Origin: Eledone cirrhosa
Taxonomy: Eukaryota
Assembly: GCA_964016885.1 (NCBI GenBank)
Contig: OZ024747.1
Span: 23,250,001-23,314,000, forward strand
DNA length: 64,000 nt
Direction of reading: 5' to 3'
A program made the position numbers and the translations under genes. Below are positions 1 through 13,980 of this stretch, in pieces. Each line of letters opens with the position of its first letter. Positions within the stretch are counted from its first letter, which is position 1. A model generated the notes under the pieces. The model ran no database searches. It saw nothing but the letters and a program-made list of their open reading frames with translations, and was not told the DNA's origin.

Positions 1-81
1 AATGAAACCCACAACTTCCTCTATTGTGAATTTATTACTGGTTTTATCAGTTATTATAACATGCTTGAAGATCCATATCAG
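1..81 (+). CDS. SULF1: Extracellular sulfatase (Sulf1/Sulf2 family), C-terminal coding exon, 5'-truncated by window edge
   Basis: Frame 1 reads [27 protein letters not shown] then CAG|GTAGAG donor (phase 0); closely resembles the Sulf C-terminal motif [28 protein letters not shown] as recalled from vertebrate SULF1/2. Confidence 0.9.
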
Positions 82-302
82 GTAGAGGGATTAAAGTTTT
101 TGTTTGTCATTTTATTATGGAATGAAAATGTTATTTAACTTTTAACACCTTGTACTACATGAAACTACATTAACAAGACATTCTCTAAAAGTACAAAACA
201 TCAGTGAGTGAGTGAGTGGGTGAGTGAGTGAGTGAGTGAGTGGGTGGGTGGGTGGGTGAGTGGGTGGGTGGGTGAGTGAGTGATACATACATACATACAT
301 AC

Positions 303-912
303 ATGGTGGCTGCCAACTCGTTTTCGAGTACGGCCACTACTTTATATCCATGTAGGAGAACCCCTACCGATGCGCTGAACGAATGTGACTTTTTAGTCCA
401 GCCAGCGACTTGAAAACTCTGGTACAAAGACTACACTTGTGACCATTATTGACACATAGTGCTGGGCCCATGGTACCATGTGATGACAAGTGCAGAGAGA
501 TCTCCAGATATAAAGCAATGCCTGTGCTGTGAAGCTTTTATAGTGAGCAAAGGCACTGCACAAAGCCAGTCCCACTCTCTTAACCAAGATGATATTTACC
601 AAAAAGAAGAACAAGTCAACATCATTGGATACCATCAGGGTTGCAGGTGTTATATCAGAGTTTTCCTTCTCCTAGAATTCTGCCTTGACAAAGGCTAAGG
701 GGTCATCTCTCCCGGTGATTTTGGATGGCTATTGAGTCTTAAGAGCTCCCTTGCCCTTTGACAGGTTTTGTTTTTAGTCCTGCAGGATGTCCAAAGTCAC
801 CCTCCTCACCAAGAAACCTTGGTGGGGTTGCCAGTTTAGTCGCCAACGACCCGACCATGAGACAGGTTGTACTGGGATACATGTTACCAGTAGCACCAAC
901 TGGTGACCTGAC
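303..912 (-). mobile_element. 5' UTR fragment of an RTE-clade LINE
   Basis: On - carries CTAGGAGAAGGAAAACTCTGA, a motif I recall from RTE 5' UTRs; flanked by (TACA)n on both sides. Confidence 0.5.
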
Positions 913-964
913 ATAATACATACATACATACATACATACATACATACATACATACATACATACA

Positions 965-995
<31 letters not shown>

Positions 996-1250
996 TATTC
1001 AAAACATTGATTTGTGGATGTGAAAGTTGAACATCATTATCCATCATTTTAATGTAAAGATCTCTCTTCTCTCTCTCTCTCTCTCTCTCCTTATCTTTCT
1101 CCCTCTCACCCTGTCTTTCCTCTCGGTGAAATCGGCTGTGTTTGGACCTGGAGAGGGCATGGGCTCTGCCAGGTTTAAAATGTACGTCACTACAGTATTC
1201 CTATGACTTCATCAGAAGTCATAGGCGTACTGTTCCCCCCCCCCCCACCC

Positions 1251-1304
<54 letters not shown>

Positions 1305-1338
1305 AAGACATCTCTTAATCTGGTAACTTTTGTTTCAG

Positions 1339-1456
1339 TTGAAGAATAGCATCCATGAAATAAATTATGGAGTATTACAACAACTACATGCCAATTTAGA
1401 AAAGCTCAGAAAATGCAAAGGTGCTAAGGAATGCAGTTATGATTATCTTGATGAAA
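1339..1456 (+). CDS. SULF1: Extracellular sulfatase exon
   Basis: TTTGTTTCAG| acceptor, LKNSIHEINYGVLQQLHANLEKLRKCKGAKECSYDYLDE, GAAA|GTAAGT donor (phase 0 to 1); continues the Sulf motif (LxQLHxxLxxLRxCxGxKxC). Confidence 0.9.
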
Positions 1457-1544
1457 GTAAGTGTGACTTGAGTAATCACATTTTAATATTCTGTTTTATT
1501 ATCATGTCAGAAAAAAATTATATTAACCCTTTTGATACAAAGAT

Positions 1545-1725
1545 TGACTGGGTGCTTTACATCATGGCACCAGCACTACTACCTTATAGGATGGACTGGG
1601 TGTTTTTCCTCATGGCAGCAGCACTACCACCTTACAAGGTGGACTGGGTACTTTTCATCATGGCACCAGTACTACCACTTTATAGGGTGGACTGAGTGCT
1701 TTACATCATGGTACCAGCACTACCT
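1545..1725 (+). repeat. 48-bp tandem repeat, about 4 copies
   Basis: GACTGGGTGCTTTACATCATGGCACCAGCACTACCACCTTATAGG units at 1546, 1594, 1642, 1690. Confidence 0.85.
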
Positions 1726-2152
1726 GTAAACAACAATCCATTTGTAATAATTGTTTTCTAAGTATCAGAATATCTTTGGAATTTATGTTTTTGTTTTTAC
1801 ACATTAGAACCCAATGTTCTTGTTTGATAACTAAATCCAATTTTTATTTATCCTCTACTAAAAAGCATGTTGGTCTGTAAAGTTGTTGTATTGTTGTTTA
1901 AGTAACTTATGTGGCCTTTTGTTGTTGAATTCTCAGATCATTATTTTATCAGTTTATAAATTAGTTAAGATGGGAGAAACATGAGAGGACTGGGCTAAAT
2001 CACTTATAGAGTCTTGTCTCTTCTCAGTTTAAATGCTTTCATATTCAATTTTATTTTTAATCCTTGACTAAATGGTCAGTAAAATAAGTATCAATAATAT
2101 TCTGGGGGAAAATCTCTTGATACCTCACTAGACTAGAATAGATTTTAAAGGC

Positions 2153-2183
<31 letters not shown>

Positions 2184-2311
2184 CTGTGGTTAAAACTACT
2201 ACTTGCAGAATATGGACAATGTAGTTGTAGTAGTAATACTACTAGTAGTGGTGGTAGTAGTAATTGTGATATTAACACAAGTGATGGTGCTGGTTGCAAT
2301 GGTAGTCAGTG

Positions 2312-2347
<36 letters not shown>

Positions 2348-2472
2348 AGTAGTAGTAGTAGTAGTAAGTAGTAGTAGTAGTAGTAGTAAGTAGTATGCAA
2401 ACTAAATATTTTGTTCTTTCAAAATGTTTTTCAATGTAACAAGGTGAATTGACAAACATAGAATAGATATAG

Positions 2473-2700
2473 TTAACCCTTAACATCCTGCAATGATTTA
2501 GCAGAAAATATCTTTAAAAAATGGGTTTGTTCATTCAAATGTTTATAGTATCTTTACTAGGGGATAGATTGCTGGAAAAATTAGATGTATTAGAGTAAAA
2601 ACTTTAATTTTTAATGTGACACACTCGTAGACTTATGTATTTTTTTTTCAAGAATGTTTTGCTTATGTGGTTTCATGTGGTTAAGGATGTTAAGTGTTAA
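2473..2700 (+). mobile_element. Second piggyBac-type MITE family
   Basis: TTAACCCTTAACATCCT...AGGATGTTAAGTGTTAA termini; related copy about 56599-56788. Confidence 0.65.
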
Positions 2701-3642
2701 TATATATTAGGTGCTCTCTTAACCCTTTAGCATTTAGATTACTCTATATTTACTATTGTACTTTCACAGTAAAGGCTTTATCTCACATAATATCGAATCT
2801 ATGAGATTTTGATATCAAAGGAGTGAAGAATAATACAGATCGGCTGTACAGTAGGGTTTATTCCAAGTATTAACAAATGTTTCATTAGTCCGGTGTGTCT
2901 AAAAATCACTATCTGCCATAAGCCACGGCACTTGGTTTTAATTACAGTTGACACCCAACCAAATTCTCAAAATACTTTAATAATATTTATTTTGAGAACA
3001 ATACCTTAACATAAGCATGAGTAACCAGTCACAGCCAGTTTGAAAAGAAAGAGGTGAGAGAATTCTGGCCAGATATGGTTGGTTTAAATTCTAAAGGGTT
3101 AAATATGAAGCTTCAATTACAAAAGGGCACATCTGACATTGGAAGTGTTAACCCTTTAGCATTAACATTATTCTATATATACTATGGGCAGTATCGGTAG
3201 AGGTTCGGACGCCATGCTTTGACGCATAGAGTTACGGCCCTTGCCATTCTGAGTTCAAATCTCGCCAAGGTTAACTTTGCCTTTCATCCTTACGGGGTCG
3301 ATAAAATAAAGTACCAGTAATGTACTGCGTAATTTCTGGCCTTGTGCCAATAGTAGAAACAATTATTCTATATATACTATTGTATTTTCACAGTAAAGGC
3401 TTTATCTTGCATAATTATCTCACATAATATCGTATTTACGAGATTTTGATGTTATCTATTTTGAAAACAATACCTTAATGTAGGTATGAGCAGCCGGATA
3501 CGACCGGTTTGAACAGAAAGAGGTGAGATACTTCTAGCCGGATATGGCCGGTTTAAATGCTAAAGGGTTAAAACAGTTGTTTTCTTTTTATTAACATAAA
3601 TAGTTCTTATACTAACATGTTTCTATTTTTTTCCAATTTCAG

Positions 3643-3674
3643 AATGGCAGAATATTTTAACTCCTTATATTTGA
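3643..3674 (+). CDS. Candidate short terminal exon of Sulf gene (KWQNILTPYI*)
   Basis: ACTAAC branch point at 3611, T-rich tract, TTTCAG| acceptor; phase 1 matches upstream exon; TGA TAA stop, AT-rich downstream. Confidence 0.5.
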
Positions 3675-5386
3675 TAAACTGTATAAATAAGTTAATAATA
3701 ATTTGGATATATTTATTCAATTATTTATTTTTTAAATTGGTGAGGATTGTTATTTAAGCAAATTTCCTAGCTTACTAAGTTGTTGTCTCACTTTGTGACT
3801 GTATATTTCACTCACACAGATGCTCACATCAACACACGTACATGCACGCACATATGAATTCACACACACATACATGCACATATGCACACAAATGCACAAT
3901 TTCCATCGGTGTTGCACTGCTTGGATTGCATTAGTGAAGAAGCTTTCATCCTGTTGGTCAAAAAAAGTCAATTATAATCCTTTAGAAGATCTTTCATCTA
4001 AAATTCTCAGATTAAGTCCTTTTGAGGCCTTAACCCTTTAGCATTCACACTACTCTATATATACTCTTATATTTTCATGCTAACTGCTTTATCTCACATA
4101 ATATCAAATCTATGAGATTTTGAAAGTATTTATTTTGCGAACAATACCTTAACATCAGTTTGAGCAACCAGTTACAGCCAGTTTCAACTGAAAGAGGTAG
4201 AGAATTCTGGCCGGTTTTGGCCGGTTTGAACATTAAAGGGTTAAATGCTTAAGATTGTAGTTCCCTCCATATATAACATCTACAAAAACAATTTTTTTTT
4301 AATGAGAAATACATTTAATTTCAATAAAACGGTCCCCCTCTACCTTTGATGCCATAAGCATCTTTTTATTTTGCTTAATAGTTAATCCAGCCCTAATGAT
4401 ACAACTATACCTGTCATTGGGTATGACACGTCTCTATATTACCTGATAAACTACGCTGTCTCTAACTCAACCAAATAAACACTTTAAACATTCAATCTGA
4501 ACTACAACTGTACAAGCTACAACAATTTAACCCATTAGCATTTACATTGGCGTTAGGAAGGGCATCCAACTGCTGAAAACCAGCCAGAAACACCCCTATA
4601 TGAGCGAGACATAGTCACTCGACCCAACTAACCTCTAAATGGGACTCGTCTAACCCATGCTAGCGTGGAAGATGGACGTTAATCGATGATGATATATTTA
4701 CTATTATATTTTCATGGTAAAGGCTTTACCTCACATAATATCGAATCTATGTGATTTGGATATTATTTATTTTGAGAACAATACCTTAACATCAGTATGA
4801 ACAGCTGGTTACAGCCAGTTTAAACAGAAAGAGGTGAGATAATTCTGGCCGGATATGGCCAGTTTAACCCTTCAGCATTCACGTTACTCTATATTTACTA
4901 TTGTATTTTCACAGAAAAGGCTTTATCTCACATAATATTGAATCTATGAGATTTTGATATTATTTATTTTGAGAGCAATATCTTAATGTGAGTGGCTGGA
5001 CATGGCCTGTTTGAACAGAAAGAGGTGAGAGAATTCTGGCCAGTGGGTTAAGAGGATTGGCAAGAGTTGTGGGTATTGCTTTTGACTTCAGCTAAATAAT
5101 GAAAACAATAGGATAACAATACACACAAACATACATATAAATACCTATCTACTATACACATAAACTCATACATTCTGTTCCTCTATTTATTTTCTGTATA
5201 TCTACCATGTTGTTTCGTATTGTCTTACATACATATCTTCCAGAAGACGTGCAGTTATTTTCTTCTATCTTCTAACTTCCTGTGATGCACTGCTGTCGTA
5301 ATTCTTTGCATCTCTACTCTTTCATGCAGAAATTTTGGCAATATACATATATATACCCATACATACATACATATATGTATACATAC

Positions 5387-5483
<97 letters not shown>

Positions 5484-5606
5484 GGAGGTGAGTTTTATTG
5501 TAGTACAATAAAGCAATGCAGATATCGGATAAGAAGCACTCTACAGTTTGTAGGACTGGAGTATACATAATATATAAGATCAAAAGATGGTTAAAAGAGT
5601 TCCATG

Positions 5607-5676
5607 TATTTTATTATGCGCATTTCAAAAACAAATATCATCATGCAATAACATTGTGTTTTCATCAGATAAAATA
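5607..5676 (-). ncRNA. Type I hammerhead ribozyme, inverted copy of 5793-5863
   Basis: Reverse complement of the 5793-5863 motif with one 1-nt indel in stem II. Confidence 0.65.
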
Positions 5677-5792
5677 GGAAGACATGATATGAAGGTTAAA
5701 AAGCACTTGTGGATAGTGCAGTTTTAAATCAACATGTTGATTTAAAACTGCACTATCCACAAGTGTTTTTTAACCTTCATATCATGTCTTCC

Positions 5793-5863
5793 TATTTTAT
5801 CTGATGAAAACACAAATGTTATTGCATGATGATATTTGTTTTTGAAATGCGCATAATAAAATA
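5793..5863 (+). ncRNA. Type I hammerhead ribozyme (PLE/retrozyme-type)
   Basis: Stem I TATTTTAT/ATAAAATA, core CTGATGA (5801), about 15-bp imperfect stem II, GAAA (5844), palindromic TGCGCA stem/loop III, AUA cleavage triplet (A5855). Confidence 0.7.
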
Positions 5864-6160
5864 CATGGAACTCTTTTAACCATCTTTTGATCTTATATAT
5901 TATATATATATACATATATATATATATTTATATGTACATACATATATATATATACATATATATATATATTTATATGTACATACATATATATATATACATG
6001 TATATATATATTTATATGTACATACATATATATATATACATATATATATATTTATATGTACATAGATATATATATATACATATATATATATTTATATGTA
6101 CATAGATATATATATATACATATATATATATACATATATATACATATATATATATACATA

Positions 6161-8197
6161 AATCAACAAACTGAAATACTGTCAGCAGCAACACATCAAC
6201 TTGACTGCCATTTCATCACTAGAGATTAAAAAACATAACCTCCAAAACAATATGATGTCTATCATCAACAATCAGAGAAGAGCTGAAGAGGCCTGGGCCA
6301 TTGAGAAGATCAAACTCAATCCCAAAGTGTTCTTTTCATTTGCAAAAAAACACAAAATCACTGGCTCTACTTTTGGCTCTCAAATTGATGAAAATGGCAC
6401 TCTTCAAGACAATGCTAAAACCATGGGTGAGATACTGCAGAAACAATACTGCTCTGTTTTTCAGCAATCTTGATATGGCCGATCTGGGCTGTATCGGCGA
6501 TGTTACTCCCCATTACACCTTATCGGACATAACGTTTGGCGCCCCTGATGTCTTAGCGGCAATAAAGGAAATCAAGCATAATTCAGCAGTAGGTCCTGAT
6601 AGGTTCCCTGCTTGTGTCTTGAAGGCGTGTCAACACCAAGTTGCATCTCCTCTTGCCAATCTGTGGCGGAACTCACTGGATGCTGGATATGTGCAGAAAA
6701 CCTTCTATCCCAGTCTGTTGTCCCAGTTTTCAAAAAAGGAAACAAATCCCTTGCCGTGAATTACCGTCCAATCTCACTCACCTCTCGTATCATTAAGGTA
6801 TTTGAGAGAGTGGTGAGATCGCGAATGACCCACTTCCTTGAGAGTAACAATATGCTGAACTCCAACCAGCATGGATTCCGTAATGGAAGGGATTGCCTGA
6901 CACAGCTACTGCATCACTTTGATGACTTTTTGAGAGCCTTGGGAGAGGGTTCCAACACTGATGTTATCTACCTTGATTTCAGCAAGGCCTTTGACAGGGT
7001 TGATCACAACATTCTACTGAGAAAGCTGTCCAATATTCGTGTCACTGGAAAGCTGCTGCAGTGGATCAAGTGCTTCCTGTCAAACAGAACCCAACATGTT
7101 GTAGTCGAAGGAGTCAAATCCAGCCCAGCCAAAGTCAGTAGTGGGGTCCCACAATGCACTGTGTTGGGCCCACTTCTCTTCAACATCTATATTAATGACA
7201 TCACTGACATCATCAAACACAGCAACATTAGAATTTTCGTTGATGATTCCAAGCTCCAAAAGGTCATCAATGGCGTGGATGACCGGATAAGCCTTCAGTC
7301 AGGCCTACTGGCTGTTACCCAATGGGCGGAAAAGAACAACATGTTACTGAACGAAGACAAATTCGAACTGATCCACTTTGGAAAAGAGGATGCTCTGAAA
7401 CTCCCGTACTCCTTTCCCTCCGGTGAAACTCATGGCATCTAACAACAGCAGAGACTTGGGAGTAACCATGGACAGCAACATAAGCTGGGCCACGCATATA
7501 AGCAGCAAAGTTGACATGGCCCGCAGAATGTGTCCCTGGATCCTCAGAACCTTCCAGTCGAGAGATTCCCACACCATTATCCTTCTCTTCTCCACTTTTG
7601 CACGACCACACCTTGAATACTGTTGTCCACTGTGGTCTCCCCACATGAAACAAAGTATCATGAAACTTGAAGCTCCCCAAAGGGCAATCACGAAAAAGAT
7701 GGATGGCATGTCAGACCTTGACTACTGGGGTCGATTAGAAAAGCTGAAACTTTACTCACTCCAACGTCGCCGTGAGTGTTATATTATCTGCATGATGTGG
7801 AAAATGTTTCATCAGCACTGCCCAAATGATGATGGTATCACCTTCAAAATACACCCAAGGCTTGGGCCTCGTGCTATCCGTCCCAAACAAAAATCTAAAT
7901 CGCAACTCATAACAATACGGCACAATTATTTCACCTCAATTGGCCCTGCTCTCTTCATCACACCAGGACACGTCAAAACAGAAACTGACCACATAAAATT
8001 CAAGAAGTCTTTGGACAAATTCCTCCAAGTAATCCCGGACAAACCACCCACACCCGGATATGTCTCCGCAAACAGTAATTCTCTCCTCGAATGGGCCATG
8101 GTGCCCAAATCCTGAATTGAAAGACTTCGCCAGGTGGTGCTATTAAGTTAGACATGACCTGGGCCAATACTGGCCAAAACATTTCAAAGTTATTCTA
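6161..8197 (+). mobile_element. 5'-truncated, frameshifted CR1/L2(Jockey-group)-like LINE, RT region and 3' end
   Basis: ORF pieces 6201-8115 with NYRPISLTS, QHGFR, YLDFSKAFDRV, SGVPQCTVLGPLLF, FVDDSK, RPHLEYCCPLWSP; inserted in (TA)n. A 3' tip copy lies at about 54575-54633 (-). Confidence 0.9.
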
Positions 8198-8293
8198 ATT
8201 TATATATATACGTTATTCCGGGTTGAATCGGAGGTAACCACAGTAAGTAAGGTACTCAATACATTGCAGAGTATAAAAGTTTTAATATAGATG

Positions 8294-8344
8294 AGATTCT
8301 ACAGGACTAGAACTGTTTCATTCTTTAGAAATCATCAGTAATCT
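8294..8344 (-). ncRNA. Degenerate type I hammerhead ribozyme
   Basis: On -: AGATTA CTGATGA TTTC-TAAA-GAAT GAAA CAG-TTCTAGTC-CTG TA GAATCT; GUA triplet; mismatches at the pairs closing stems I and II. Confidence 0.55.
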
Positions 8345-9127
8345 GGCTATCAAAAAATAAGTATGGTATTTATAGGTCTCTTCAGGTGGTAGGAGAGGGT
8401 AGGGAGTGGGATGGGTGTAGGTCATTGGTTGATAGAAAAGGGAATTCATTAAAAGCTAATTCTTCAAAGCTATAGTTTATTTTTAGAGTAACAAAGGCAG
8501 AAAGAATTCTATAAACAAGTTCAGGATGAGGTGCCACTCCTTATTTTTAAGTTTCTCTTAAACTAACAGGTGTCTATAAGATCATTGGGGGTCAGTCATG
8601 GTTGATGGATTTAAAGAAACAGGAGATTCTTTAAAAGCTAAATTCTTTAAGGTTCTACTAAGTGACAAAGGCCTAGAGAATTCTGTAGAATAATTCAAAA
8701 TAATTTCCAATTATATATTTATATATATATATACATGTATATATATGATTCCTGCCAATGTATTTCTAAGCACTCTTTGGTTATTCCTATAACTATAACT
8801 ATATCATCATTTCATCATTCATCATTTCATTTTACGTCTGCTTTTTCCCTGCTTGCAAGGGTGGGACGGAAACTGATACAGCTGGATGCCCTTCCTAACA
8901 CCAACCTCATTTACAGGTGCTTTTTTGCTGTGGCACCTCCACGACCACTTTGCAGTGGAATGATATGGACCCCAGTCCCTATCATCTCATTTCTATAGCT
9001 GAGTAAACTGGAGCAATGTGAAATAAAGTGTCTTGAAACAATACATCACCCGGTCTGAGAATTGAACTCACAACCTTTTGATTGCAAGGCCAATGCTCTA
9101 ACCACTAAGCCATGTGCCTCCACATAC

Positions 9128-9184
<57 letters not shown>

Positions 9185-9186
<2 letters not shown>

Positions 9187-11910
9187 ATGACTGACAATCA
9201 TCTCGGCCTATGCTCCCCAAGCAGGCCTAGGTAAAGATGAGAAAGACTGCTTTTACGAGCAACTTTTACAAACAACCGCAATGACAGAGGACGGAGACAT
9301 CGTTATGCTAGCAGGAGACTTCAATGGTCATGTTGGACAGCTCCAGGATGGTTACACTGGGGTACATGGTGGGCACGGTTCAAGAAATGAAGAAGGAGTG
9401 AGACTTCTTGAATTTTGTGATGCAGGTACATTGACTATTTGCAACACAAACTTCCAGAAACCTGCCAATCACCTAATAACCTACAAATCTGGTGAGCACA
9501 TAAGCCAGATTGACTTCTTACTAGTTAGGCAGCGGGACAGGCAGATAGTGTCTAATACCAAGGCATACCCTGGGGAAGAATGTACCCCACAGCATAGGTT
9601 AGTTGTTAGTGATATCTCAGTAAGCAAGAGATGGAATGAGACATATAGGAAGGTGTGGAGAAGAAAGGTCTGGAAGCTAAAAGACCTTTCACTAAAATAC
9701 AAATTTAGGAAAGCCCTCCAAGATGCATATGACGAAAAAGAAGACGATTTAGAGACGTATGACATAGATAATAACTGGAATTTCTTGCGTGACAACTTGC
9801 TGCAGGCTACTGATGAAACTTGTGGCTGGAGCAGAGCTCCTACCAGACAGAGAGTGGCCTGGTGGTGGAACAGCACAGTAGATAAGGCTATTAGAGACAA
9901 AAGACTAGCATGGAAGGCTTGGAAAAAGGGTGGGAGTAGGGAAGAATATACAGCCACTAAGAGAGAAGCTAGACGTCAGGTGTACTTAGCACGCAGGGAG
10001 GCGGAGAGTAGGAGGTTTGCTAATGTTCTGCGACGGGAAGATCAGAGGCGTGCAGTGTTCCACATTGCAAGGCAGTGTGTCAATGCAAATCAGGATGTTG
10101 TTGGAGATAAATGTGTCCAGGATGATGCCGGTTACTTAGTGTCGCGAATGATCAGAAAAAGGAGGCCTGGAAATGTCATTATGAGAGACTGATGAATGTG
10201 GAGAACGAATGGGAGAGAGAAATTACCCTTGGTAGATCCGACAGAGGGACCAGCTATTGAGATTGACGAATATAGGGTCCAAGAGGCGATTAGGGAAATG
10301 AAAAATGGTAAGGCTGCCGGACCATCAGGAATAGTTGCGGAGATGCTGAAGGCATCAGGGGACATAGGCACTAAACTGGTTGCACGCATCATCAATCAAG
10401 CTATATATGGTGGTGTCATACCCAAAGACTGGTGCAGCAGTATTCTCATAAATTGCTACAAAGGTAAAGGGGATGCTCTGGAGAGGAGCAATTATAGGGG
10501 TATAAAACTGATAGATCAGGTTATGAAAGTGGCAGAAAGGATATTAGCACAACTAATTAGAGAAAGGGTCAAACTAGATGAGATGCAGTTTGGTTTTGTG
10601 CCTGGGAAGAGTACAACAGATGCCCTCTTCTTGGTGAGACAATTGCAAGAGAGGTTCTTAGAGAAGAATAAGCCACTATACTTAGCTTTTGTTGACCTAG
10701 AGAAGGCCTTTGATAGGGTACCCCGATCTGTCATCTGGTGGTCCCTAAGGAAGCTAGGTGTTAAGGAATGGCTTGTGAGGACAGTGCAAACTTTGTACAG
10801 AGGTACTCTCAGTAAAGTCAGGGTAGGAATGGAGTTTAGTGAGGAATTCCAGATACAAGTAGGAGTACATCAGGGTTCAGTCCTCAGCCCGCTCTTGTTC
10901 ATTATAGTCCTCCAAGCCATAACAGAGGAGTTTAAGACTGGCTGTCCATGGGAACTTCTCTATGCTGACGATCTGGTTCTTATAGCAGAATCAGTAGAGG
11001 AGCTAGAGAATAAATTCTGGCTATGAAAACAGCAGTTGGAAGCAAGAGGACTGAGAGTGAACCTAGCTAAGTTGATGAGTAGAAAAGAGGACAAAACCCT
11101 GATTCCGTCAGGGAAATGGCCATGTTCGATATGCAGAAAAGGAACTGGCATAAATTCTATAAAATGCACACAATGCAGATCCTGGGTACACAAGAGATGT
11201 AGCAGGATAGCGGGCAAACTAACAGGTAGGGAGAAATATGTATGCAGTAGATGTACAGGGAAATTAGACAGTAGAAGTCGCATTGATAGACACATTTTTC
11301 AAATGCAGGAGGGCACTATAGAAGTGGTGGATAGCTTCTGGTACCTAGGAGATCAGATTAGCATGGGAGGAGGGTGTTCCGAGGCCATAGTATCTAGAAT
11401 AAGGACGGGTTGGAAGAAGTTTAGGGAGCTGCTTCCTCTGTTGATGAAGAAGGGTTTCTCCCTGCGTACGAAAGGCCGGTTGTATGATGCCTGTGTGAGG
11501 AGCGCGATGCTGAATGGTAGTGAGACATGGGCAGCAACTGCAGAGGATATGCGACGGCTGGAGAGAAATGAGGCAAGCATGCTCCGTTGGATGTGCAGTG
11601 TAAATGTGTTGAGAGAGAAACTGTGTCTGAGTGGGATAGAATGTAGTGTACGGGAGAGGAGACTGAGGTGGTATGGACATGTGAGGATGACCAACGGGTG
11701 AAGATGTGCCAGGAAATGCCAGTTGAAGGAAGACGTGGTAGAGGTAGACCACGAAAAACATGGGCGGAGGTGGTGAGAACAGACCTTAGATCATTGAAGC
11801 TCACGGTGGAGATGACGAGGGACCGTGACGAGTGGAGAGATGCTGTGCTGAATAAGACCCATCCCACTCTTGCAAGCAGGGAAAAGCGGACGTAAAATGA
11901 TGATGATGAT
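9185..11910 (+). mobile_element. 5'-truncated RTE-clade LINE (APE endonuclease part, RT, PHD finger), decayed
   Basis: SAYAPQ, GDFNGHVG, SQIDF, NYRGIKL, QFGF, FVDLEKAFDRV, GVHQGSVLSPLLF, LYADDL, LRWYGHV, RGRGRPRKTW; frameshifts and stops; (TGA)n tail. Confidence 0.93.
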
Positions 11911-12339
11911 ATATATATACACACACACACGCACCTATAGCTATTTCTCTTTGAATGTTGCAGTTGTTTAGATTAATTAGATTATACCAAGAAACAAAAT
12001 ATTTTCTCTTTGCACTTGGCTTTTTGTGTATAGTTTTTTGTTAGTTTGTTCTGTTTAGTTATTGTGTGTTTTTCATTGTTTGTCAATCTGGCATATCTCC
12101 AATATTTCAACTAATACCATTTATCTTTATATCACTTTTAATTCACATCCTCTCTCTTGCTAAATTTGTATAAAGCAAATCAAGTGTGTGTGTATGTATA
12201 TGTATTGTGTGTATATGTTTAGTTGATGGTAATATATCATATTTAAATAATGATATTAATCCACTGCTTTGTATATGTATCTGTGTGAGGATGAAAGATG
12301 TTTGTTTGTGTGTGGATGTGGTTGTGAGAGTATGTGTGT

Positions 12340-13980
<1,641 letters not shown>

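Larger units (their letters stand above)
5567..5903. repeat. Spacerless 337-bp near-perfect palindrome
   Basis: Centre between 5734 and 5735 (AAATCAACA|TGTTGATTT); one substitution and one 1-nt indel between arms. Confidence 0.95.

Noticed and set aside
1457-1695. Extension of ORF 1330-1695 (DWVLYIMAPALLPY repeats)
   Set aside because: Lies beyond a strong GTAAGT donor; open only because the 48-bp repeat is a multiple of 3.
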